A DNA stretch of 64,000 nucleotides, from positions 9,919 through 73,918 of the forward strand of contig PLYN01000041.1 in the NCBI GenBank assembly GCA_003151815.1, in the 5' to 3' direction. Below are positions 36,629 to 49,000 of the stretch, piece after piece. Origin of the DNA: Bacteroidota bacterium. GTDB taxonomy: Bacteria > Bacteroidota > Bacteroidia > 2-12-FULL-35-15. Every line of letters begins with the position of its first letter. The stretch's first letter is position 1. Position numbers and translations under genes: made by a program. The notes beneath the pieces are model-generated. The model was not told the DNA's origin. It saw only the letters and a program-made list of their open reading frames with translations, and did no database searches.

Positions 36629-37750
36629 ATGAAATTTATTGTTTCCAGTTCATCATTATTAAAACAATTGCAGGCTATAAGTGGCGTGCTTAATTCGAAT
36701 AATACCTTACCTATCTTAGATAATTTTTTATTTGAAATAGATAAAACCCAATTAAAAGTTTCTGCTTCTGATTTGGAAACTACCATGACCACGGTTATCA
36801 ATATCGAGTCGAAAGACGAAGGAAACATTGCTGTTCCTGCAAAATTATTATTAGAAACATTAAAAACATTTGCTGATCAGCCTCTAACATTTAGTGTGGA
36901 TACAAAAAAGTTTGGCATCGAAATAATTTCCGATTATGGTAAATATAAGTTAACAGGCCATAATGGCGATGAGTTTCCAAAACTACCCAGTATCGAATCT
37001 GCATCATCACTGGATTTAGACGCAAGCGTATTGGCATCAGCAATTAATAAAACAATATTTGCAGCAGGCAATGATGAGTTGCGTCCGGTAATGTCTGGTG
37101 TATTTTGTCAATTATCTGAGGACGACATTACATTTGTAGCTACAGATGCTCATAAACTGGTACGTTACCGCAGAACCGATGCGAAGGCTCAATCCGCATC
37201 ATCATTTATCATTCCTAAAAAACCTTTGAATCTTTTAAAAACTACATTGGCAAGCGTAAGTGGAAATGTTAAAATTGAATACAATAAAACCAATGCTTTT
37301 TTCTCTTTCGAAAACACAAATTTAATTTGTCGTTTGATTGATGGAAAATACCCTAACTACGAAGCTGTAATTCCAAAAGAAAATCCCAATAAACTGACTG
37401 TTGATCGCGTGTCGTTTTTAAATTCTATTCGTCGCGTTTCTATTTTCTCTAACAAAACAACACATCAGGTACGTTTAAAAATTACAGGAAGTGAATTAAG
37501 TATTTCTGCTGAAGACCTTGATTTTGCTAATGAAGCAAGCGAGCGTTTAACTTGTCAATATGCAGGTGAAGATATGGAGATTGGTTTCAATTCAAAATTT
37601 TTGGCGGAGATGTTAGGCAATTTGAATTGCGAAAATGTAAACCTTGAAATGAGTGCACCCAACCGTGCCGGAATTTTATTGCCTACCGAAAAAGAAAATC
37701 CTAATGAAGATATTTTGATGTTGGTAATGCCGGTGATGTTGAATAGCTAA
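36629..37750 (+). CDS. dnaN: DNA polymerase III beta subunit (sliding clamp)
   Basis: 373 aa. MKFIVSSSSLLKQLQAISGVLNSNNTLPILDNFLFE..., three-domain length, and C-terminal MPVMLN. Confidence 0.93.
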   Translation: MKFIVSSSSLLKQLQAISGVLNSNNTLPILDNFLFEIDKTQLKVSASDLETTMTTVINIESKDEGNIAVPAKLLLETLKTFADQPLTFSVDTKKFGIEIISDYGKYKLTGHNGDEFPKLPSIESASSLDLDASVLASAINKTIFAAGNDELRPVMSGVFCQLSEDDITFVATDAHKLVRYRRTDAKAQSASSFIIPKKPLNLLKTTLASVSGNVKIEYNKTNAFFSFENTNLICRLIDGKYPNYEAVIPKENPNKLTVDRVSFLNSIRRVSIFSNKTTHQVRLKITGSELSISAEDLDFANEASERLTCQYAGEDMEIGFNSKFLAEMLGNLNCENVNLEMSAPNRAGILLPTEKENPNEDILMLVMPVMLNS

Positions 37751-37782
37751 GGGATTGGCTTAGAAAACAATCTTTTTAAAAA

Positions 37783-37809
37783 CGTCATTCCTTGTTTGCA
37801 AGGAAAACG
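37783..37809. terminator. Hairpin between convergent dnaN and lipoprotein genes
   Basis: ttccttg (37788-37794) / caaggaa (37799-37805) plus an outer cgt/acg pair. Flanking T/A runs are modest. Confidence 0.35.
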
Positions 37810-37816
37810 AAAATAC

Positions 37817-38644
37817 TTAATAATACTCTATCTCTCTCTCTGTTATCTGGAGAGGTTTGTCGTTAAGATATTTACTTTTTACTATCCAATTCCCCTTTTT
37901 ATCAAATTTATAACTAAACTTAGAGATAGATTTTTTACGTCCTGTTTCAAAATAAATATTCTCAATTAAAATTCCTTCCGCGTTATATTTATTGGAGCTG
38001 GTAAGCCATAAAGTATTTGCAGGATTATAAAAATTGCTTTCAATCTCTTTTCCTTTATCATCGTATTTGGTGATTGTTTTACTAATCAAACTGTCACTTG
38101 AATTATAGCAATTTATCTCCACATTTTTCCCATCCTCTTGATAATTATAAACCATTTTTTCATCTAAACTTCCATCTGAATAATAATTGTATTTCTCAAT
38201 TACTTTACCACCCTCATTATACTTAAAAATACATTTATTATCTAAACTACTATCATTATTATAATCGCTCCTCTCTGTTACCTTACCTTGCTCGTTATAC
38301 TTAAAAATAAATTTATGAGCCAAACTGCCATCTAAATTATATCGGTTACTCTCAATGGCATTACCTTCATCATCGTATTCATAGGTCATTTTTGACATTA
38401 TATTTTCATCTGAATCGTAGCTGTTTTCTTCTATTTCGTTACCTTTCTCGTCATACTTATAGGTTATCTTAAACAATAAACTATCCTTGGTTATTTCTCC
38501 GAACTTTTCCTTTGCATCATAATCTACCTCTGAAATAAATTTCACTTTTCCTTCAATTCCTTCTTCTGTCAATAAGTTATTTACTTTCCCTTGGTTACAA
38601 GAGAATAAAAAAAGGCTTATCAATATTAAAACTATGGATTTCAT
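37817..38644 (-). CDS. Lipoprotein built of ~25-aa YD-like beta-hairpin repeats
   Basis: 275 aa with lipobox LFSC. About 8 repeats of the form [FY]-x-Y-[DN]-[ED]-x-G-[KN]-x-[IV]-E-x-x-x-Y-x-x-D-[GS]-S-L. Confidence 0.7.
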   Translation of the reverse strand: MKSIVLILISLFLFSCNQGKVNNLLTEEGIEGKVKFISEVDYDAKEKFGEITKDSLLFKITYKYDEKGNEIEENSYDSDENIMSKMTYEYDDEGNAIESNRYNLDGSLAHKFIFKYNEQGKVTERSDYNNDSSLDNKCIFKYNEGGKVIEKYNYYSDGSLDEKMVYNYQEDGKNVEINCYNSSDSLISKTITKYDDKGKEIESNFYNPANTLWLTSSNKYNAEGILIENIYFETGRKKSISKFSYKFDKKGNWIVKSKYLNDKPLQITEREIEYY

Positions 38645-38804
38645 CGTAAATTTTTATTATTTCGCTAAACAAAAGTAATCTATTTTCAATAAAGTCAATG
38701 ATAAAATTAATTTCAAATAGTGCGTAATTGTTTAATTTTTTAAAATTAATTTTATTATTAAGATTCTTCAAGCATTCAAAATAACGGAGTGTGTGCAAGG
38801 TATT

Positions 38805-38837
38805 GTCATATTGAGCAAAGCGAAATATCTGTGTGAT
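38805..38837 (+). repeat. GTCAT...GAAATATC intergenic repeat module
   Basis: gtcatattgagcaaagcgaaatatctgtgtgat. Its reverse complement is identical over 33-35 nt to 56208-56240 and 57221-57251. Confidence 0.8.
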
Positions 38838-38873
38838 GGCTTACCCGTAAATAATTTGAATAAAATTTAAACT

Positions 38874-39584
38874 TTACTTATTTTTATCAAAGCCTTGCTT
38901 ATTCATTAGCTCATCAGCTAACCTAGGAAGTCCAATACTCGCTTTTTCTTTTATAATAATAAGGTTGAGTATACCATTCACTTTTACATCACTTGGATCG
39001 ATAAGGTATTTGGGAATGTTGGGTTTGGTGTAATCAATTAATCCCGCTGCAGGATACACCACCATTGATGTTCCTATTACCATAAAAATATCTGCCTTTG
39101 CTGCTATTTCATAAGCTGTTTCCATTTCCGGAACCTGTTCGCCAAACCATACAATGTGTGGCCGGAGTTGGGAACCACGTTTACATCTATCTCCAATATT
39201 CAATTCTGTTCCTTTTATTTTATATATAAGTGAAGAATCGGTTGTACTTCGGCTTTTAATTATTTCGCCATGAAGATGAAGCACTTTTTTGGAGCCAGCG
39301 CGCTCATGCAGGTCATCAATATTTTGTGTAATAATATGAACGTCGTATTTTTTTTCCAAATCAACCAACGCAACATGGGCTTTATTGGGTTTGGCTTCCA
39401 AAACCTGCTTGCGCCTTTTGTTATAAAAATCCAATACCAAGGAATTGTTCTTTTCCCAACCCTGAGGAGTGGCAACTTCGTTAATATTATATTCTTCCCA
39501 TAGACCATCGCTATCGCGAAAGGTTTTTATGCCACTTTCGGCACTTATTCCGGCACCGGTAAATACAACTAATTTAGTTTTCAT
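38874..39584 (-). CDS. cobB: NAD-dependent protein deacylase, Sir2 family
   Basis: 236 aa. VVFTGAGISAESGIKTFRDSDGLWEEY, ITQNIDDLHERAG, HLHGE. Confidence 0.92.
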   Translation of the reverse strand: MKTKLVVFTGAGISAESGIKTFRDSDGLWEEYNINEVATPQGWEKNNSLVLDFYNKRRKQVLEAKPNKAHVALVDLEKKYDVHIITQNIDDLHERAGSKKVLHLHGEIIKSRSTTDSSLIYKIKGTELNIGDRCKRGSQLRPHIVWFGEQVPEMETAYEIAAKADIFMVIGTSMVVYPAAGLIDYTKPNIPKYLIDPSDVKVNGILNLIIIKEKASIGLPRLADELMNKQGFDKNK

Positions 39585-39769
39585 AGCAAAGCAAAGGTAT
39601 GAAAAAGTAGTAGAAAGATACTGTATTTTGCCCGCTTAATCAACCGGTAAAAAGTAATGTAAATTATTTAAAATCAATATTTTAAATATTGTCAATGGAT
39701 ATTCTTAGTGCAAAAAAAATCATAATTCGGGGTAAATTGTTATCTTCGCACCTTATAAAAATTTGAAAG

Positions 39770-42040
39770 ATGTCAAAATTCAGAAAGCAAGAAGCATTAG
39801 ATTACCATTCGCAAGGCAGACCGGGTAAAATTGAGGTAGTGCCTACCAAGCCCCATAGTTCTCAACGTGACCTCTCATTAGCATATTCGCCCGGTGTTGC
39901 AGAGCCTTGTCTTGAAATTGAAAAAAATCCTGAAGATGTTTATAAATATACTGCTAAAGGGAATTTAGTTGCCGTAATTTCAAATGGTACTGCTGTATTA
40001 GGACTTGGAAACATTGGTGCTTTGGCATCAAAACCGGTAATGGAAGGTAAAGGTTTGTTGTTTAAAATATTTGCTGATATAGATGTGTTTGATATTGAAG
40101 TGGACGCAACAGATGTGGATCTGTTTGTAAATACTGTTAAAGCAATCGCTCCGACATTTGGAGGGATCAACCTGGAAGATATTAAAGCTCCGGAATGTTT
40201 TGAGATCGAGCGCCGTTTAAAAGAAGAATTAAATATTCCTTTGATGCACGATGATCAGCATGGAACAGCCATTATTTCATCAGCTGCTTTATTGAATGCA
40301 TGTGAAGTAGCAAAGAAAAATATAAGCGAAGTGAGGATCGTTGTGAATGGTGCAGGTGCATCAGCCATATCATGTACTAAACTTTACATTTCTGTCGGAG
40401 CAAAAAAAGAAAACATTGTAATGGTTGATAGTAAAGGGGTTTTGACTGTTGATCGCGATGATCTGGATGAACAGAAAAGATTTTTTGCCACAACCATTAA
40501 AAATGTAAAAACTCTGGAAGAAGCGATGAGAGGTGCTGATGTATTTGTTGGTCTTTCAAAAGGAAATATTGTAAGTCAGCAAATGGTTCAATCCATGGCC
40601 AACCAGCCGATAGTATTTGCATTGGCAAACCCGAATCCTGAAATACCTTACGAAGATGCAATAGCTGCGCGCCCCGATATCATTATGGCTACCGGCAGAA
40701 GCGATCATCCTAACCAGGTGAACAATGTACTTGGTTTTCCATTTATTTTTCGTGGAGCATTAGATATTCGTGCTACTCAAATCAATGAAGCCATGAAACT
40801 GGCTGCTGTATACGCCATTGCACAACTTGCCAAAGAACCTGTTCCTGATGCTGTTAATTTAGCTTACGACCGCAAGAATATTACATTTGGACCTGAATAC
40901 ATTATTCCTAAACCAATTGATCTACGTTTGATTTATACAGTAGCGCCCGCCGTTGCAAAAGCTGCAATCGAGTCTGGTGTTGCTCAGCATAAGATCACCG
41001 ATTGGGAAGCATACCGTCAGGAGTTGATAAACCGTGTTGGACTTGATAGTAAATTGATGAGAAATCTTACTATTAAAGCAAAACGGAATCCGAAACGTGT
41101 TGTATTTGCAGAAGCTGACAATTATAAAATTTTAAAAGCAGCTCAACAGGTTGCCGATGAAGGTATTGCAAAACCAATACTATTGGGAGATGTTGAGAAA
41201 ATCAATAGAATGATCGCCGAAAATAATCTGGAGATGGGGGATATTCCAATCATTGATCCGATGAGTCCATCTGAAGCGGATAAAAGAGAAGCCTTTGGAG
41301 ATATTTTCTTTAAAAATCATAAACGCAGAGGATTTACCCTATATGAATCACGCAAATTGATGCGCGAGCGTAACCATTTTGGTGCTATGATGGTGGATAC
41401 CGGCGAAGCGGATGCCATTATATCAGGTCTTTCCCGTAAGTATGCCGATCCTATCCGCACGGCATTACAAATTATCGGAGTGCGTGAAAGTGCAAAACGT
41501 GTTGCAGGAATGTACATACTGAACACCAAGCAAGGTCCTTTCTTTTTTGCAGATACAACAATGAATAAAAATCCAACTGTTCAGGAAATAGTTGATATAA
41601 CTGTATTAACAGCCAATAGCGTGAAAGAATTTAACATTGTGCCACGCATTGCTTTGTTGTCCTATTCCAACTTTGGCTCTGCAGAGGGCGCCGTGCCTTG
41701 TAAAATGCGTGAAGCGGTAGAAATACTTCATAGAGATTACCCCGGAATGATCGTGGATGGCGAAATGCAAGCCAATTTTGCGATAAACAATGAATTACTG
41801 AAAGAGCAATTTTCGTTTTCTGATCTGGTAGGAAAAAAAGTAAATACCCTTATTTTTCCAAATTTGGAATCCGGCAATATTGCTTACAAATTAATGCAGG
41901 AACTTGGTGGTGCTGAAGCGATAGGGCCAATATTAATAGGTATGAAAAAACCTGTTCACGTATTGCAATACGGAAGCAGTGTTCAGGAAATTTTAAACAT
42001 GGTCGTGATCTCTGTTGTAGATGCACAAGCCAATAGATAA
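39770..42040 (+). CDS. maeB: NADP-dependent malic enzyme with C-terminal phosphotransacetylase-like domain
   Basis: 756 aa. [43 protein letters not shown] and the ~330-aa PTA-like C-domain match MaeB. Confidence 0.93.
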   Translation: MSKFRKQEALDYHSQGRPGKIEVVPTKPHSSQRDLSLAYSPGVAEPCLEIEKNPEDVYKYTAKGNLVAVISNGTAVLGLGNIGALASKPVMEGKGLLFKIFADIDVFDIEVDATDVDLFVNTVKAIAPTFGGINLEDIKAPECFEIERRLKEELNIPLMHDDQHGTAIISSAALLNACEVAKKNISEVRIVVNGAGASAISCTKLYISVGAKKENIVMVDSKGVLTVDRDDLDEQKRFFATTIKNVKTLEEAMRGADVFVGLSKGNIVSQQMVQSMANQPIVFALANPNPEIPYEDAIAARPDIIMATGRSDHPNQVNNVLGFPFIFRGALDIRATQINEAMKLAAVYAIAQLAKEPVPDAVNLAYDRKNITFGPEYIIPKPIDLRLIYTVAPAVAKAAIESGVAQHKITDWEAYRQELINRVGLDSKLMRNLTIKAKRNPKRVVFAEADNYKILKAAQQVADEGIAKPILLGDVEKINRMIAENNLEMGDIPIIDPMSPSEADKREAFGDIFFKNHKRRGFTLYESRKLMRERNHFGAMMVDTGEADAIISGLSRKYADPIRTALQIIGVRESAKRVAGMYILNTKQGPFFFADTTMNKNPTVQEIVDITVLTANSVKEFNIVPRIALLSYSNFGSAEGAVPCKMREAVEILHRDYPGMIVDGEMQANFAINNELLKEQFSFSDLVGKKVNTLIFPNLESGNIAYKLMQELGGAEAIGPILIGMKKPVHVLQYGSSVQEILNMVVISVVDAQANR

Positions 42041-42044
42041 AATA

Positions 42045-42196
42045 GTTGTAAGTGATTAGTGGTTAGTTGTTAGTGCCGACTCATCACAAATCACTACATT
42101 ATTTAAAATGATCTATCACATTGAAGAAAAATTAGTAGAAAAAAAGACTAATTGCTGGTGTATCTGACTAATCACTAACAACTAATAACTGACCAC
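42045..42196. repeat. Inverted gttgttagtgattagt-type modules bracketing the ruvA 5' decoy
   Basis: tagttgttagtg (42064-42075) is the perfect reverse complement of cactaacaacta (42173-42184). The surrounding 30 nt on each side are built from the same tagt/gttag units. Confidence 0.65.
42105..42167 (+). other. Duplicated ruvA 5' end forming a 19-codon upstream ORF
   Basis: aaaatgatctatcacattgaagaaaaattagtagaaaaaa (42105-42144) versus the genuine aaaatggtatatcatattgaaggaaaattagtggaaaaaa (42202-42241): 35/40 identical, offset 97 nt. The uORF is MIYHIEEKLVEKKTNCWCI-stop (42108-42167). Confidence 0.7.
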
Positions 42197-42204
42197 TATA
42201 AAAA

Positions 42205-42792
42205 ATGGTATATCATATTGAAGGAAAATTAGTGGAAAAAACACCTACTTATGCTGTAATTGATGCAGCAGGGGTAGGGTATATCATGCAGATATCACTA
42301 AATACCTATACAAAGATCGGGGATGTTGAGAAATGTAAATTGTTTACGGAGCAAGTATATGTCCGTGATGATATGCCCCGTTTTTTTGGTTTTGCCGATG
42401 TTTCTGAACGTGATCTTTTTCGTCAATTAGTTTCTGTGTCAGGTGTAGGAGGAACAAGTGCATTGTTAATGCTTTCCTCGTTAAGTGCCACAGAAATACA
42501 AAATGCAATTGTAACAGGCAATGTAGCATTGCTTAAAAGTGTGAAAGGAATAGGAGAAAAAACGGCTCAACGTATTATTGTGGATTTGAAGGATAAGATG
42601 GGTAAAGGAGGGGTATCAACTGACTTTATTGTGTCCCCAAACAATATTTTGAAGATAGAAGCGTTATCAGCCCTCGTGATGCTGGGCTTCAATAAAGTTG
42701 CGGCAGACAAGGCGCTTGAAAAAATTATCAGAACAGAAGGGACAGGTCAAACTGTTGAGCAGCTAATAAAATCGGCTTTAAAAAGCCTCTAA
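42205..42792 (+). CDS. ruvA: Holliday junction DNA helicase subunit RuvA
   Basis: 195 aa. MVYHIEGKLVEKTPTYAVIDAAGVGY...LFRQLVSVSGVGGTSALLMLS...VKGIGEKTAQRIIVDLKDK (HhH motifs). Confidence 0.92.
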   Translation: MVYHIEGKLVEKTPTYAVIDAAGVGYIMQISLNTYTKIGDVEKCKLFTEQVYVRDDMPRFFGFADVSERDLFRQLVSVSGVGGTSALLMLSSLSATEIQNAIVTGNVALLKSVKGIGEKTAQRIIVDLKDKMGKGGVSTDFIVSPNNILKIEALSALVMLGFNKVAADKALEKIIRTEGTGQTVEQLIKSALKSL

Positions 42793-42794
42793 AC

Positions 42795-42857
42795 AGTTGT
42801 TAGTTATTAGTGGTAGTTGTAAAATAGCAAACCTAACAACTAATCACTAACAACTAA
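42795..42857. repeat. Inverted gttgttagt-type modules after ruvA (terminator-like hairpin)
   Basis: agttgttagttattagtggtagttgt (42795-42820) versus the reverse complement of ctaacaactaatcactaacaactaa (42833-42857) = ttagttgttagtgattagttgttag. Confidence 0.55.
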
Positions 42858-43020
42858 AAATTACAGTTAAATTTTAGTACAAACTTTATTTTAAACTATG
42901 GTGCATTTTTACTATTAATTGTCATTATCGAAATTCAATTAAAAATAGTTTTTTCTGGTGGTATTTGTCAGGAAAGACTTAACGGTATTGCAAAAAATAA
43001 ATAAAATAGTAGTTTAAAGT

Positions 43021-46000
43021 TTGGCTAATACAATTACAAAATATATTGTTGTTGCGGGTGTTTCCTTGTCATTGCTATCATTAATTGTTAGCTCTGATGC
43101 GAAGGTTAGCACTTTTAATCATGCTGCAATTGTTGAGGCTAAACAAAAAGCTTTCATAGCAATAGATACGCCTAAAACACCAAAAGAAGAGCCGCCCCCC
43201 AAACTGCATTATCAATTTAAAGACCAACCAACAGACAATCCTATTACAAGCCCTAATACCGGAGGATTAATGCTTAATAATCCGGCAAACGTCAATACGA
43301 AGGTTGATTATGACCCTGCCAGCGGGAACTACAATATCAATCAAACAATGGGTGGCCAAAATTTTCGTCCACCAACCTATCTGGAAAGTAAAGAGTATCA
43401 GGATTACATGTTCAAGAAACAAGTAAGAGACTACTGGAATGCTCGCTCTCATGCCGATTCACCGAACTCTCAAAATAAACCAATAATCCCTAAGTTACAA
43501 GTAGGCGGTGAAATTTTTGACCGGATTTTCGGTGGTAATACAGTAGATATAAAACCTACAGGATCTGCAGAATTGATTTTTGCATACAACGGCACCAAAA
43601 CCGAAAACCCTGCTATACCTCAAAAAAATCGTAAAATAAATACGTTTAATTTCGATGAAAAAATTCAAATGAATGTGGTTGGAAAAATTGGCGATAAATT
43701 AAAATTAACTACCAGTTATAATACCGAAGCTACTTTCGATTTTGAAAATCAAATGAAATTAGGCTTTACAGGTTACGATGATGATATTATCAAATCGATT
43801 GATGCAGGTAATGTGAGTATGCCTGCTGTGGGTTCTTTGATTACAGGTAGTCAAACGCTATTTGGAGTCAAAGCCAAATTGCAGTTTGGAAGATTAATGG
43901 TAACCACTGTAATAGCACAAGAAAAAGGAAAAAAATCAGAAATAGAAACTTCCGGTGGTACTCAATTAAGTACGTTTGCAATTTCAGGAGATGCTTACGA
44001 AACCAATAAACACTTTTTTCTTGCGCACTATTTTCGTGATCAATTTAATACAGCTTTAGCACATTTACCTTTTATTAATTCCACTATAAATGTTAATCGT
44101 ATTGAGGTTTGGGTTTCCAATACCAATACGTCTACCACTGATATTAGAAGTGTTGTTGCTTTGTCTGAATTGGGCGAATCTAAAAACTATGTACAGAATC
44201 CCTTGCAATCTTTATTAACCTATAGTACAAAATCGGTTTTACCTTCTAATAATCAAAACGATTTAGATACCATCTTGAAGCAAAACCCTTCTATCAGAGC
44301 CATAAATACAACCGTTTCTGGAATGTCAACTATTTTAAATAACAAACTTATACAACAAACAAATTTCGAATTGGTAGGGAGTGCCAGAAAACTTCAACCT
44401 ACGGAATATACATTAAATACAAAGTTGGGCTATATTTCATTGAGCCGGCAATTAAACCCTGACCAGGTTCTTTCAGTAGCTTATCAGTATACTATTAATG
44501 GTCAGGTTTTTCAGGTTGGTGAATTTTCTACTGATGGTATAAGTGCTCCTCAAGCATTGTATACAAAAATGTTGAAAAGCTCTATCATTAATCCTCAGCA
44601 ACCAATGTGGAATTTGATGATGAAAAATATATATTCAATAGGTGCATATTCAATTAATCCCGATGGTTTTAAACTGGACATCTTTTACACGAATAAACAA
44701 ACAGGTACTGATATTAATTATTTGCCTGTTTCAGATTGTCAAACTAATATTAAATCAAGACCATTAATACAAGTATTGGCTTTGGATAGGTTGAATCAAC
44801 AGAATGAACCGGTAGGCGATGGGATTTTCGATTTTATAGACGGAGTCACCATTAATGCAAATAGTGGCCTTGTGATATTTCCTGTTATTGATCCATTTGG
44901 CGCATATCTGAATTCAAAATTTACTCCGGAATGTTCTGCAACTGAAGCTGCCGGTTATTTGTTTAGCCAATTATATGATTCAACAAAGATTATAGCACAG
45001 CAGTATTTTCCTCAATTTAATCGCTTTAAATTTAAAGGCACTTATCAATCCTCCAACAGTTCAGAAATAATGTTAGGTGCTCCCAATGTCCCTCAGGGTT
45101 CAGTTACAGTAACAGCCGGTGGGGTTAAACTTACCGAGAATGTTGATTATACTGTAGATTATGCATTAGGACGTGTTAAGATCATTAATAATGGTATTTT
45201 AAACTCTGGCACTCCAATTAAAATTTCATTAGAAAGTAACTCTTTGTTTGCAATTCAACAGAAACGATTATTTGCTACCCACCTTGATTACAGGATCAAT
45301 AAAGATTTTACTCTTGGTGGTACTGTAATGAATTTAACAGAACGGCCTGTAACTAAAAAAGTAAACGTTGGGGATGAGCCTGTTTCAAATACAGTATTTG
45401 GCTTGAACGGAGATTATAAAACAGAAGCACCTTTCCTTACCCGTTTGGTTGATAAAATTCCGTTCATTGATACCAAAGAAATGAGTTCCTTAACAGCCGG
45501 CGGGGAAGCAGCTTACCTTGTTCCCGGACATAGTAAAGCGATTGGTAAGAATGGTAATTCTTATGTCGATGACTTTGAAGGAAGCCAATCGACCATTGAT
45601 ATGCGATCGCAAAACTCCTGGGTACTTGCAAGCACTCCTCAAGGGCAGCCGTCATTATTTCCGGAAGGTATTTATGCCGATAGTTTAATTAATGGTTACA
45701 ACCGTTCAAAATTAGCATGGTATACTATTTCTCCTGAATTGTTACGTCAAACTTCCGGTATTACTCCTGCTAATATGACAAACGCGGAAATGTCGAATAA
45801 CTTTGTTCGTGAGGTGCTTAATACGGAACTTTTTCCCAATCAACAATTAGCTAACGGTGTGCCAACTAATATTTCAACGTTCGATTTGTCCTATTACCCA
45901 GGTGAACGCGGACCTTATAATTATGATGCATCTCCAACGAGTATTTCCCATGGCTTAAAAAATGATGGAACTTTAAATAACCCCAATACGCGTTGGGCTG

Positions 46001-49000
46001 GTATTATGCGTGCCCTTCAAACAACTGATTTCGAGACAGCCAATATTAGTTATATTCAATTCTGGATGATGGATCCTTTTAATGTGGATAATGCTAATCC
46101 AAACACATCAGGTGAATTGTATTTTAATTTGGGAAATGTTTCGGAAGATATTTTAAGAGATGGAAATAAAAGTTCTGAAAATGGATTGCCTACTCCTACG
46201 GTTTCTCAACCAACGGCACCATCCATCTGGGGGCAAGTGCCTGCTGTGCAGCCATTGTTGAATGTTTTTAGCAGTACTCCTTCGGACCGGCCATACCAGG
46301 ATGTTGGTTTTGACGGATTAGCAAATAGCAGCTTCACCTCACAAACAGAGCAAGGTTTTTTTAAAAATTACCTGACTGCCGTGCAAACAATTGTTACACC
46401 AGCTGCTTTTGCCGAAATTAATGCCGATCCGTCCAATGACGATTTTCATTATTTCAGAGGAGGGGATTACGATAATGCCAACGGTGGTTTAGGTCTTACA
46501 ACTTTGGAGCGTTATAAAAAATTCAATGGGATGGAAAATAACTCGCGAACAACGGAGCAATCTCCGGAAAGTTATCCTACCGCATCTTCATTGGTACCTA
46601 ATGTGGAAGATATTAATCAGGATAATAATTTGAGTACTGTTGAAAGTTATTATCAATATCACATTAGTTTAAACTCAAATCCAAGTAATTGGAGCGTCGG
46701 TAATAATTATATTACCAATGTATATCAAACTACAGGACAAAACATAAAAGATGGCACTACAAAACCAATCACATGGTATCAATTTAAAATTCCGATCAGA
46801 AGCCCTGAATCAAAAGTTGGATCGATTGACAATTATCAATCCATTCGTTTTTTTCGAATGTTTTTAAAGCATGTTGATAACCCTATTGTTATGCGTTTTG
46901 CTAAATTGGAGCTGGTGCGTGGCGAATGGCGGAAATACGATTTCGATTTATTACAACCCGGAATTTATAATCCCAATGACGATGCTTCCACGGAATTTGA
47001 TATTGCTGCTGTAAATCTTTTTGAAAACGGAAGCAAAACCCCGGTAAATTATGTGATGCCTCCCGGCGTTACTCAGCAAATAAATGCTTCATCAGCCAGT
47101 TTGATCTCATTAAATGAGCAAGCATTGTCACTTTCTGTTTGTAATCTTCTTGATGGGCAGTCGCGTGCAGCATTTAAAAATACTTCTTTGGACGTACGTT
47201 CCTATAAAAAATTACAGATGTATATACATGCCGAAGCTTCGGCAGATAAAAAAGAAATATTACATAACAATGATTTGCATGCATTTATTAGATTGGGTAC
47301 CGATTATACCGATAATTATTATGAGTATGATGTTCCTTTAGCATTAACCGCTCCAGGTTATTATAATGGCACAAATACAGATGACCAATACAAAGTTTGG
47401 CCTGAATCCAATGATATGATTGTAGAATTTGCGAAATTGGAGTCTGCCAAACTTCAACGAAACAGTACGATTGGTAAAGGTTCAGCTACTGAATACACGG
47501 TAATGGATGGGAACAGGACCATAACAATAAAGGGAAATCCGAATCTAAGTGCTGTTAAAACGATAATGCTCGGAGTAAGAAACCCTAAAAAATCAGGGAC
47601 AGATAATACCGACGATGGATTGGCGAAATGCGGACAGGTATGGGTGAATGAATTAAGGCTGACTGACTTTACTGAAAATGGGGGAGGGGCAGCAATGGCA
47701 CACGTTACAGCCAAGTTAGCCGATTTTGGCGCAATATCTTTGTCGGGTAATATGTACACTCCGGGTTGGGGAAGCATTGAAGACAAGCTAAGTGCGCGTA
47801 AGCGTGCAACGTTGAAACAATATGATATCACTTCCAATTTTGAACTTGGAAAATTTTTACCGCTGGCATCTAATATAAACATACCAGTGTTTGCAGCACT
47901 GTCAGAAATTTATATTACCCCGCAATATAATCCTTTGGATCCGGATATGTTATTAGCCAATGAAATGAAAGATCCTACTTTAAATGCAGCAGGCAGAAGT
48001 GCATTAAAAAAGGAAACAGATGATTTTACCCAGAATAAGAGTTTGAATTTTATCAATGTTAAAAAAAATAAAGGAAAAAATTCTACCAAAGGTCATATAT
48101 ACGATATTGAAAATTTATCTACATCTTTCTCGTATAGTGCTTTATTCAAGCGCAATGTGAATGTAGAATATAATTCAACAAAAAACTACAAAGGAGGATT
48201 AATGTATAGCTTTGTACCTACTCCGAAAAATTATACACCATTTGCTAAAATAGGGTTTTTGCAATCGAAATATTTTACATTGGTCAGGGATGTAAATTTT
48301 TCCCTTTTTCCTAATAAACTCGGATTTTCAACAAATGTGGAAAGATACTTTAATACTGCTAAATACAGGGATGTAACAGGTGATATGATAATTATTCCAA
48401 CTTTCAATAAAAAAATCACGTGGGTGCGTAATTACGATTTAGCCTATGCGATTACTAAATCTTTTAAGATCGATTTTACTGCAATAAATAATGCGCGTGT
48501 TTTGGAGCCCGATGGTTTAATTACAACGAAAGCTCAGAAAGATACCATAAAACAAAATTTTCGTGACTTAGGAGTAACAACTCTGTATAATCATTCAATA
48601 AATGCAAACTTTATTATTCCTATTAATAAACTGCCTTTACTTGATTTTACAAAAGCATCAGTGAAATACACCGGCACATATAATTGGACACGCTCACCTG
48701 TTTTAGTTACTAAAGATGCCAATGGTGTGCCTATTGCGGATACATTGGGGAACACTATTCAAAATTCACGTGTAATTGCCTGGACCGGTGAAATGAATAT
48801 GCTAACCTTGTATAATAAAATCCCTTATTTTAAAAGGATTAATCAAAATACTATGCATAAAACTCCTGATAAAATAAAGAAACCTCCTCCACTTCCTTTT
48901 GGGGGAAAAGATATAAAAGTTAAAGGCAAAAAGGCAGTAAAAGATACGACTAAAAAAGTGAAAAATTTTTCTCTTCCAATAGAGTATTTGGCAAGAGTTA

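Noticed and set aside
36535-36828. 97-aa minus-strand ORF overlapping the dnaN promoter and 5' end
   Set aside because: It overlaps a certain gene (dnaN) and its promoter box and has no supporting features.
38595-38798. 67-aa minus-strand ORF upstream of the YD-like lipoprotein
   Set aside because: It overlaps the lipoprotein signal-peptide region and AT-rich promoter DNA, and its composition is Asn/Ile/Phe-rich and implausible.
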